DNA from: Desulfotalea psychrophila LSv54
GTDB lineage: Bacteria > Desulfobacterota > Desulfobulbia > Desulfobulbales > Desulfocapsaceae
DNA: 32,000 nt
NCBI RefSeq assembly: GCF_000025945.1
Contig: NC_006138.1
Location: 3,180,001-3,212,000 of the forward strand
Direction: 5' to 3'
Made by a program: the position numbers and the translations under genes. The notes beneath the pieces are model-generated. The model was not told where the DNA came from. It saw only the letters and a list, made by a program, of their open reading frames with translations, and searched no databases. Positions within the stretch are counted from its first letter, which is position 1, and the number at the start of each line of letters is the position of its first letter. Below, one piece after another: positions 25,137 to 32,000 of the stretch.

Positions 25137-28109
25137 TCAACCACATAAGCCCTTATTTTGCACTGAAATAACGCCTTCGCCTTTTTTTCCATCACATTTC
25201 ACAACAAAAGCCTGTGATAATCGCACATGACGGACATAATCACCCGATTCAACCACATTTTGCTGACGAAGCCACTGCCAATCAATATAGTCTTTACCCC
25301 GTCCCTTATCAGCGCCAAGCTCATTCACCGTAATATAGGGAATACCAAGAGACGTTATATTCTGAAAAAAATGTGAGCCCTGCGATGGTTCTGCCCGAAT
25401 AGAACTATTTTGTACCTCAACAATGGCACCAACGCCTGCTATATCTCGCCACTGCACAGGAATACCAAGCCATGGATCCGCCGTTCCCCAACGACCTGGA
25501 CCAATAAGTAAAAATGAGCAGTCACGACAGGAAATTTTTCTAGCAAGTTTGCCAACTTCAGAGGCTATCTGCTGGGTCTTACTTGAATCAAAGAGATTGG
25601 GGTCAACAAATAAAATATCAACCATACCTTCAATCTTGCCATGTCCCAACACTTGACTAGAGGCACAAAAGGCATTTGCATAATCGTCTTCACAGAGCGA
25701 TACCTCACCATACTCTCCACCGGCAATCATCGGTCGTATTTGCAACAGGTAGAAGGTACTTCGACTTAAATCTTCGGACAAGGTCACGACAAACTCAATT
25801 TCCACCTCACAGCCCATTGCAGTCTTGCCAATATGCAATAACTCCTGCAGGGTCTGAGCGAGAGGATAGTTAGAATATTTAAGGAAATGGGCAAAGGTCA
25901 TCACCTTTACTCCGGGTAGACAAGCATCACGAATCCGATGCTCGTCGGCAATATAGGTTGAGGCAAGAACCATGACAGGAGACTCATGCTCCGCCTCCTG
26001 TATTTCACGCAGGACAAGATTAGAATGCTCCAGACGCAGACACGAATTTTCCTGCATGGAGAGGGCATAAAATTGACGCTGACTATTGGCAAGAATATCC
26101 TCCACCGAAGAAAACTGAACCAACTTCTTAGGGTGGGCGGGAGAAAACAAAAGAGACCTACCACCCTCTACCACCATCTTACCAAGACCGAGGGCAATAT
26201 GAGCGACACCATCTGCAGCAGCCATATTCATTATGGGATAGTAGTTATGAGATTGAGCAACTCCAGAAACAGAGGGATACCAAAAGCCATTATGCTCATG
26301 CCCCACCAACTGCTGAATAATTACCGCCATGGAATCTCCACGCCCCTGAATAGAGTCCTTGGAGAACTCCCTCGGCCCTTCAAACCAGGTGGAGGCATAG
26401 ACCAGCTTGATCGCCGATTCCAGTTGACTCAGCCGCTCTTCAAAATCACTATGATTATTGGGCAGAAAATAGGTGGAGAAGAGACCTGCGTAAGGCTTAA
26501 ACTGGGCATCTTCGAGCAAACTGGACGATCTTACAGAAAGAGGGAGATCCCATTTTTTCAAAAAGGCACGCAGATCCCCCTTCAACCAGCCGGGCAGTTC
26601 GGCATCTAAAAAGAGCCCCACCACCTTGTCATCTCCCATATTTTTGGCAAACTGTAGTTTATTCTCAGTGATGAAGGTGTCAAAACCATCCGCTGCTATC
26701 ACACAGGTTTTCGGCATGGTGACTTTCTCTGAAGAAAGAAGATCTGTTTTCGCCCCCTGCAGACAGGCCCACATAAAGGCCATCCCCCTAGCCTTTCCTC
26801 CCATCGACCCCTTGCCAATCTTAACAAAATCCAACATATTGGGGTCATAGTTCCTGCGGGAGAAGTTCACCACAACCCCTCGCTGGCGCAGACGGCGAAG
26901 ACGAAAAACCCTGGCTATTAATTCCTCACGTATTTGACCGAGATCACCCATGGACTGAAAGCAATCCCGGTGCAGATCACGGGCAAGAACCACCTCTGTC
27001 CTGGCCATAACCCAGTTAGAAAAATGGTTACTGAGGAGGTGATAGCAGAGAGACTCGTCGGGGACCACCTTTAAACAATTCTGAAATTCGCCCAAAGTTG
27101 TAGCACGGCAAACAGTATCTCCATTTTCCAACTGAAAAACAAAATCACCAAAACCCAAATAGCGAAGAAAGAAATTATGCACTCTCTCTGCCGTTGCAGG
27201 TGAATTTTTATTAATAAAAACAGCACCTAGATCCGTGGCTACAGCCCTATTCCTCTCCTCCGAAGAGACCATCAAGAGCGATACATCAGGAGCCTGGATA
27301 GAAACATGAGAGAGAAAGGCCCCACCTGCATTTGAATTAACCTCTCCCCCCTTCATAAAGCGTGCATCCGAGATTACCCCAAACACATAGGGCTGATATT
27401 TTTCAAAGAGTTCAAGGGCCTCCTCATAGCTTTTTGCCAGCAGAATTCGAGGTCGGGCCCGCATACGCAGTATGCGATGCCGCTCATTGAGGCTCTCATC
27501 CAATACTGACTGAGTCTGGCCAACAAGCTCTTGGTATATCAGTGGCAAAAACCGGGAACGGTATGTAGGAGAATCTTCCACATAGATGATAACCCGAACC
27601 ATGGCACTCTTGGTATCGGCACTTACATTAAAAAAATCCTCTACGCATTTTATTATGGCGAGAAACAGATCAGCCTCACAGCACCAAAGAAAAGCACCGT
27701 CAATACCATGGCTGTACTCCTCATCAGGGGGAAGGGTTGCCCGCACATTATGGGCAACAAGGACGACGGGTATTAATGGTCGGATCTCCTTTATCTTACA
27801 ACCCAGCTCAAAGCCATTCATTCCCTGCAGATAAGGCATCGTTATAACAAGATCATAGCGCCTGGCAGCAACCAGTTCAAAGGCCTCTTCCGGACTTGAT
27901 GCCCTGGTAATCTTTGGGGGCTTGCTCAAATTAAGCCCTTTATACTCCTCGATAAGGCGAGTCGTCAGACTTCCATCCTCCTCAAGGATAAAAGCGTCAT
28001 AGAGACTTGAGACAAGAAGAATTTCCTGCACCTTAAAGGGCATCAAATCATGAAACACCTTAAAGTGAGGGTCAAAAGCAGGTATCATCTTACTGGGATC
28101 AATGCCCAT
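25137..28109 (-). CDS. degenerate REC + REC + PPDK_N (PEP/pyruvate-binding, ATP-grasp) domain protein
   Basis: 990 aa with a GGGAGGA RBS. REC1 (residues ~25-140) lacks the acidic pocket (ILLVSS in place of DD; DLVITM in place of the phospho-Asp). REC2 (~170-300) keeps it (IIYVEDSP, VISDARF, LLMVSS, INKNSP). The central region matches the PPDK/PpsA N-terminal ATP-grasp (GKGSMGGKARGMAFM and LSVRSSSLLEDAQFKPYAGLFSTY). I see no GGxTSHAAI swivel-His motif and no PEP-utilizer TIM-barrel. Confidence 0.85.
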   Translation of the reverse strand: MGIDPSKMIPAFDPHFKVFHDLMPFKVQEILLVSSLYDAFILEEDGSLTTRLIEEYKGLNLSKPPKITRASSPEEAFELVAARRYDLVITMPYLQGMNGFELGCKIKEIRPLIPVVLVAHNVRATLPPDEEYSHGIDGAFLWCCEADLFLAIIKCVEDFFNVSADTKSAMVRVIIYVEDSPTYRSRFLPLIYQELVGQTQSVLDESLNERHRILRMRARPRILLAKSYEEALELFEKYQPYVFGVISDARFMKGGEVNSNAGGAFLSHVSIQAPDVSLLMVSSEERNRAVATDLGAVFINKNSPATAERVHNFFLRYLGFGDFVFQLENGDTVCRATTLGEFQNCLKVVPDESLCYHLLSNHFSNWVMARTEVVLARDLHRDCFQSMGDLGQIREELIARVFRLRRLRQRGVVVNFSRRNYDPNMLDFVKIGKGSMGGKARGMAFMWACLQGAKTDLLSSEKVTMPKTCVIAADGFDTFITENKLQFAKNMGDDKVVGLFLDAELPGWLKGDLRAFLKKWDLPLSVRSSSLLEDAQFKPYAGLFSTYFLPNNHSDFEERLSQLESAIKLVYASTWFEGPREFSKDSIQGRGDSMAVIIQQLVGHEHNGFWYPSVSGVAQSHNYYPIMNMAAADGVAHIALGLGKMVVEGGRSLLFSPAHPKKLVQFSSVEDILANSQRQFYALSMQENSCLRLEHSNLVLREIQEAEHESPVMVLASTYIADEHRIRDACLPGVKVMTFAHFLKYSNYPLAQTLQELLHIGKTAMGCEVEIEFVVTLSEDLSRSTFYLLQIRPMIAGGEYGEVSLCEDDYANAFCASSQVLGHGKIEGMVDILFVDPNLFDSSKTQQIASEVGKLARKISCRDCSFLLIGPGRWGTADPWLGIPVQWRDIAGVGAIVEVQNSSIRAEPSQGSHFFQNITSLGIPYITVNELGADKGRGKDYIDWQWLRQQNVVESGDYVRHVRLSQAFVVKCDGKKGEGVISVQNKGLCG

Positions 28110-28403
28110 ACTATCCTCCCACAGAATGTTTATTGAAAAAATAAGATCTTATTTAAACTCTTTATAGCCAATTTTAATCAATCTATCCTATGCAATATTC
28201 CTCAACACACTGTTTATGCGATATCTTTCAACAAAACCCATCTAACAAACGGAACATATTGATAAATTTGACAAAAATATTCCTGTAAGATACAAATAAT
28301 TTAAGATATATTTTTAATGAACATTTCCTAATCCTTACTAAATATAATTAGATATAACTTTTACTTATAAATGATTATATTTTACAGCCAAAGAGACAGA
28401 TGT

Positions 28404-28790
28404 ATGGAAAGCAAAAATTTCTTAGATTTCCGGAAGAGATTAGGCAGGACCCAAAAAGAACTTGCCGCTCTCCTCGGCGTCTCCCTCGGGGCGGTAAGTA
28501 GCTACGAGCAGAACACACGAGCAGTTCCGCCCCATATAGAGCGGCATATTCTCTATCTTATCAGCCTGAAACAGCACCCCAACGCTCCCTTTGAAAAGTG
28601 CTGGAAGATGCTTTCCTGCCCCAAGGAACAAAGAGAACACTGTCCTGCCTGGGAATTTAAATCGGGAACCCAATGTTGGCTTATTAATGGCACCATCTGC
28701 CATGGCCATAAGCAAAAAACATGGCGGGAAAAGATAGAGATCTGCTATAATTGCGAGGTATTACAACGGGTGCTGCGGAAAACAGAGTAA
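28404..28790 (+). CDS. XRE-type HTH regulator fused to a Cys-rich two-CW-like domain
   Basis: I start it at the ATG at 28404 (MESKNFLDFRKRLGRTQKELAALLGVSLGAVSSYEQ is a Cro/C1 HTH); the ORF track start at 28371 is also possible. The C-terminus reads CWKMLSC-x7-CPAWEF-x5-CWLINGTICHG-x14-CYNC. This fits the pattern I remember for the two-CW domain (CW..C...CPA...CW..GT.C.G...C..C). Confidence 0.72.
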   Translation: MESKNFLDFRKRLGRTQKELAALLGVSLGAVSSYEQNTRAVPPHIERHILYLISLKQHPNAPFEKCWKMLSCPKEQREHCPAWEFKSGTQCWLINGTICHGHKQKTWREKIEICYNCEVLQRVLRKTE

Positions 28791-28809
28791 GCTCTCATAA
28801 AGAGCTTAC
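28787..28809. terminator. hairpin spanning the stop codons of two convergent genes
   Basis: GTAAGCTCT (28787-28795) pairs with AGAGCTTAC (28801-28809): a 9-bp perfect stem with a 5-nt loop. It contains the TAA of the HTH gene (28788-28790) and the TGA (complement of 28795-28797) of the MobA-like gene. Confidence 0.4.
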
Positions 28810-29730
28810 ATCTTCAGGCGTATTTGCATTTGTCCAGGCCAGTTCTAATTCAGGGGGAATAGAGAGCAGATGCACTTTTTCGTCCTCAGCAACCGCACTA
28901 ATCTGTAAGGTTTTTTCTTCTACCAGTCTCTCAAACAAAAAGCCACTCTGACTTTCATAACAGGCAAAGAGTGGCTCCACCCGCTTAAAGCCCAAAGTTT
29001 TTCCTGCAGCAAGACTCTCACGCATGGGAACCACAGCCCAACGCCCCAGAGCCCGATGAGTAAGCAACCACTCTATGGCCATATCAGAGACAAGAGGCAT
29101 ATCACAGGCCACCAAGAGCCAAGAATTGCGTGGGAAGGCTCGGCATGCCCCGACAATGCCACCGAGAGGGCCTGCAATACCTCCCGCATCGGCAATTCTT
29201 CTCAAGCCCATAAGGCTCTGAGGAAGATCGCCCGCACCGGCGACAACAACCTCTGTCACATAAGGTTTTAGTCTTGCAACGGTTTTCTCAAGCCAGGTCT
29301 GTCCGTCCCTTGATTGCAAAAGATGTTTCGCCTGTCCCATCCGAGAGCTTTTACCGCCAATCAAGACACAGCCAACCAGAGGAGGAGGCCCATACATCCT
29401 CTGTAACTTTTCATAGAGATGCCAGAAATCCCGGGCTAAATAGTCACAGTCTCCTACTCGGAAATAGAGTTCTCCATCCATGGCAAAGGAGGAGACCACC
29501 ACCTCACAGAAGTTAAGATCCCGGGGCAGGTCCTGCAGACGGGTAAGGACAATATCTGCCCGATGAAAGGCTTCAAGGGCATAGACATCCTGCCAGCGAT
29601 CCCCTCTGAAAATATAGGCATCAATATTTTCCAGAAGAAGCATCTCCTGAAGCATGACCATTGCCTCCAGGCAAAGATCGATCCTCTCCTCTTTAAAGAC
29701 AAGAACAGGTTTATTATGGGATTGATCCAT
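28795..29730 (-). CDS. MobA-like NTP transferase (molybdenum cofactor guanylyltransferase family) with a ~115-aa N-terminal extension
   Basis: 311 aa. Residues ~118-311 match MobA (GCVLIGGKSSRMGQAKHLL, AGPLGGIVGA, LLVACDMPLV). I do not recognise residues 1-115, but they are stop-free and protein-like in composition. Confidence 0.8.
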   Translation of the reverse strand: MDQSHNKPVLVFKEERIDLCLEAMVMLQEMLLLENIDAYIFRGDRWQDVYALEAFHRADIVLTRLQDLPRDLNFCEVVVSSFAMDGELYFRVGDCDYLARDFWHLYEKLQRMYGPPPLVGCVLIGGKSSRMGQAKHLLQSRDGQTWLEKTVARLKPYVTEVVVAGAGDLPQSLMGLRRIADAGGIAGPLGGIVGACRAFPRNSWLLVACDMPLVSDMAIEWLLTHRALGRWAVVPMRESLAAGKTLGFKRVEPLFACYESQSGFLFERLVEEKTLQISAVAEDEKVHLLSIPPELELAWTNANTPEDVSSL

Positions 29731-29795
29731 TTCCGTAGATACCTTAAAATTTTAATAGGATGGCTTTTATGGCAGAGATGAGCAAGGTATTTACG

Positions 29796-29824
29796 TTGCA
29801 CTTAGACCATTAGCATGTTATACA
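29796..29824 (+). promoter_or_regulatory. candidate sigma-70 promoter for queA
   Basis: TTGCAC (29796-29801), a 17-nt spacer, then TATACA (29819-29824), about 85 nt upstream of the queA ATG. Confidence 0.3.
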
Positions 29825-29909
29825 CCCACGCGATTTCAAAAGATAGAAAAACATTGGAAGCAAAAGGTCCTACCACCTAAATAACGTCATACTTTTTAAG
29901 CCGAATATC

Positions 29910-30986
29910 ATGGAAAAAGATCTCAGTAGAGAAGCATATTACTACCATCTGCCAGAAGAAAACATTGCCCAAAAACCTGCCGACAAACGCGATCACTCAA
30001 AGTTGATGGTGCTCAACACCTCTACGGGAAAGGTCGAGCATAAAATTTTCAACAATGTTTTAGAGTACATAAACCCCGGAGACATGCTTATTGTCAACAA
30101 CACCAAGGTCTTTCCTGCCCGCCTTACGGGACACAAGGAAAGCGGTGGAAAAGTAGAGGTTTTTCTCCTTGAACTGCCAACCTATATCCGCCCAGGTGTC
30201 TCTGAAAGCATCGCTCTTATCAAATCTTCACGAAAGCCGAAGGTGGGAAGCACATTAACAATAAATGAGGCCCTGAGCTGCCGGGTAACGGAGCAACTTG
30301 CCGGGGGCAAGGCACGGTTGCAGCTGCACTACGACAAAGATGTCGATGTTACAGAAATTTTGGCAGGGATCGGTGAAATCCCACTTCCTCCCTATATAAA
30401 AAGAGAAGAGGGCACAACCCCTGAAGACGTGACAAGGTATCAAACCGTTTACGCCAATGTGCCGGGCGCCGTAGCAGCACCCACCGCAGGCCTCCACTTC
30501 ACCGAGGAGCTTCTGCAAAGTCTGCGAGAAAATGGCATTCAATTTGGCGAAGTAACCCTCCATGTGGGCTATGGCACCTTCGCCCCTGTTCGAGCTGAAA
30601 ATATCGTAGAACACAATATCCATGAGGAGTTTGTCTCCGTGGGCCAAGAGACCGTGGACAAAATCATTGCAACCCGGAAGGCTGGTGGCAAAATTTGGGC
30701 CGTGGGCACCACAACAGTACGTTCACTGGAATTTGCCGCTGCCCAACACGGCGGGCAAATTGCCGCCACCGAAGGATGGTGTGCTCTCTATATCTATCCA
30801 GGGTTCAAGTTTCAGGTCATTGACAACCTCATCACCAACTTTCATCTGCCTGACTCGTCTCTTATGTTCCTGGTATCCGCACTTTGTCGCCGGGAAAAGC
30901 TACTGGAGTGCTATCAGATGGCAATCAAAGAAGATTATCGTTTTTTCTCCTATGGCGATGCCATGGCTGTTATCAGCGGCGAATAA
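29910..30986 (+). CDS. queA: S-adenosylmethionine:tRNA ribosyltransferase-isomerase
   Basis: 358 aa. The N-terminus (YYYHLPEENIAQKPADKRDHSKLMVL), PLPPYIKR, AAPTAGLHFT, AVGTTTVRSLE and a C-terminal FFSYGDAM are all characteristic of QueA. Confidence 0.95.
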   Translation: MEKDLSREAYYYHLPEENIAQKPADKRDHSKLMVLNTSTGKVEHKIFNNVLEYINPGDMLIVNNTKVFPARLTGHKESGGKVEVFLLELPTYIRPGVSESIALIKSSRKPKVGSTLTINEALSCRVTEQLAGGKARLQLHYDKDVDVTEILAGIGEIPLPPYIKREEGTTPEDVTRYQTVYANVPGAVAAPTAGLHFTEELLQSLRENGIQFGEVTLHVGYGTFAPVRAENIVEHNIHEEFVSVGQETVDKIIATRKAGGKIWAVGTTTVRSLEFAAAQHGGQIAATEGWCALYIYPGFKFQVIDNLITNFHLPDSSLMFLVSALCRREKLLECYQMAIKEDYRFFSYGDAMAVISGE

Positions 30987-31042
30987 AAAAAATGCCCCCT
31001 GCAATCAATTTCTACTGCAGGGGGCATTAACATTTATTTTTT
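30985..31042. terminator. bidirectional intrinsic terminator between queA and the FmdB-like gene
   Basis: AATGCCCCCTGCA (30991-31003) pairs with TGCAGGGGGCATT (31016-31028): a 13-bp perfect stem with a 12-nt loop. A6 lies immediately upstream, giving a U-run for the minus-strand transcript. A T-rich tail with T6 at 31037-31042 lies downstream. Confidence 0.85.
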
Positions 31043-31057
31043 CCAACTACTCTATGC

Positions 31058-31288
31058 TCAAGAGGCCGACGAACATCCCTTACATTCGCCACCGCCCGAG
31101 GTACTGGTAGAGCTAGAATAACCATCGGCATACCAACCGCCGCCCTTGAGCTGAAAAGAGTTCACAGACATCAATTTCTTCACCGCGCCATGACATTCAG
31201 GACACTCGGTCAATGGATCATCACTCATACGTTGTTGTACCTCAAAGACCTTCTCACATTTACTACACTCATACTCATAAACTGGCAT
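31058..31288 (-). CDS. FmdB-family zinc-ribbon protein (CxxC_CxxC_SSSS)
   Basis: I trim the ORF to the ATG at 31288 (MPVYEYECSKCEKVFEVQQRMSDDPLTECPECHG...), which has a GAGGTGA RBS. This is the hallmark N-terminus of the family, followed by a Gly/Ser-rich tail. Confidence 0.85.
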   Translation of the reverse strand: MPVYEYECSKCEKVFEVQQRMSDDPLTECPECHGAVKKLMSVNSFQLKGGGWYADGYSSSTSTSGGGECKGCSSAS

Positions 31289-31698
31289 TTTACTCACCTC
31301 AAAGACAAAACAATAGCAGAAGGACAACGGGGAACATGCCCTGCCCCTCGTGTTTGGTTGATTCCCGACTCAGGGAAATATATTTCTATACAGGTCTTTT
31401 ACCGAAAAGCTCCAGAAGCCTCTCGCAAAACTTATTGTAATTCCCATCATCGAATATGTCAACAAAGGCGCCAGTCTACAGTACAAAAATCATTATAAAA
31501 CATGATCGATTGCCCCTCCTGAAAAAAGCCCCTCTAGCTGCCTCCACCGAGCAGAGACTAACGACAGAGAGACAAAGAGGGACTCTCCCCCTCGCCCCCC
31601 TTGCACCTTAGTATAATTTAGACTATAGGCGGAGAGACAATATTTTTTACCATTTTTCATATAGCGCTCGCGCTATCCACCTAAGACTAAAAAACAAA

Positions 31699-32000
31699 AT
31701 GAATGAGCTCATGTGGGTAGTAATGCTACTTACCAATTTTTCTCTAATCCTCATATGCTACAAGATCTATGGCAGAATGGGCCTCTACCTGTGGATCCCC
31801 ATCTCCACCATTATTGCCAATATTCAGGTGCTCAAACTCGTTGAAATCATGGGCGTTGAGGCAACACTGGGTAATATTGTCTATGCATCCTCCTTTTTGG
31901 CCACGGATATTCTTTCGGAGAACCATGACAGAAAGGATGCCAAGAGGGCAATCGGGATAGGTTTTCTCTCCCTCTTATCCCTTACCCTCCTGATGCAAAT
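31699..32000 (+). CDS. YhhQ/VUT-family queuosine-precursor transporter, N-terminal 100 codons (runs off the right edge)
   Basis: The ORF is open-ended, so it is absent from the ORF track. From the ATG at 31699 it reads MNELMWVVMLLTNFSLILICYKIYGRMGLYLWIPISTIIANIQVLKLVEIMGVEATLGNIVYASSFLATDILSENHDRKDAKRAIGIGF.... The G.....G...Y...FL.TD.LSE..G...A..A pattern matches the DUF165/YhhQ family as I remember it. Confidence 0.75.
   Translation, partial: MNELMWVVMLLTNFSLILICYKIYGRMGLYLWIPISTIIANIQVLKLVEIMGVEATLGNIVYASSFLATDILSENHDRKDAKRAIGIGFLSLLSLTLLMQ

Noticed and set aside
29770-29784. TGGCAGAGATGAGCA upstream of queA as a sigma-54 promoter
   Set aside because: The GG-to-GC register is 11 nt, one too short, and the -12 element is AGCA rather than TTGC. 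A sigma-70-like TTGCAC-N17-TATACA nearby is a simpler explanation.
31661-31701. preQ1-I riboswitch immediately upstream of the YhhQ-like gene
   Set aside because: The A-rich tail is suggestive, but the only stem in front of it closes a 4-nt loop. That is too small for the preQ1-binding loop/P2 pseudoknot, and the conserved loop bases are absent. I keep it only as a question in the findings.

Overview
This window reads as ordinary core chromosome from a moderately AT-rich anaerobe that uses sigma-54. The gene content (class II B12 ribonucleotide reductase, DUF134, YkgJ, a two-CW domain, several Fe-S proteins) suggests a Desulfobacterota/Desulfobulbales-like organism, but that placement is inference only. 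I count 27 credible protein genes. Two are open-ended at the window edges and so are missing from the ORF track. Left to right they are: DUF134 (partial); a DUF4390 / NtrY-like kinase / NtrX-like sigma-54 activator cluster; hemB; VanZ-like, SEC-C-motif protein and nrdJ (minus strand); a 4Fe-4S ferredoxin-like gene; a minus-strand operon of HDAC/AcuC-like, CBS-ACT/AcuB-like and YkgJ; a thioredoxin-fold protein plus a short CaCA-type membrane protein; a LysR regulator divergent from an RND efflux operon (OMF, frameshifted MFP, RND pump); an MFS transporter; bpt; gdhA; a 990-aa REC-REC-PPDK_N protein; an XRE-HTH/two-CW Cys-rich regulator; a MobA-like NTP transferase with an N-terminal extension; queA; an FmdB zinc-ribbon protein; and a YhhQ-like queuosine-precursor transporter (partial). 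I found no rRNA, tRNA, CRISPR array, transposase, integrase, phage or recognisable defence genes. I do not see a convincing novel multi-gene system. The best leads are: (1) a near-consensus sigma-54 promoter in front of the RND efflux operon, which has no adjacent enhancer-binding protein and whose adaptor gene is broken by a 1-nt frameshift; (2) the divergent pair of the REC-REC-PPDK_N ATP-grasp protein and the HTH/two-CW regulator; (3) a 523-bp ORF-free control region between nrdJ and the ferredoxin-like gene, which holds candidate NrdR boxes, a second sigma-54-like element inside a palindrome, and an FNR/CRP-type box. All family calls come from motifs read by eye and from memory, not from searches.
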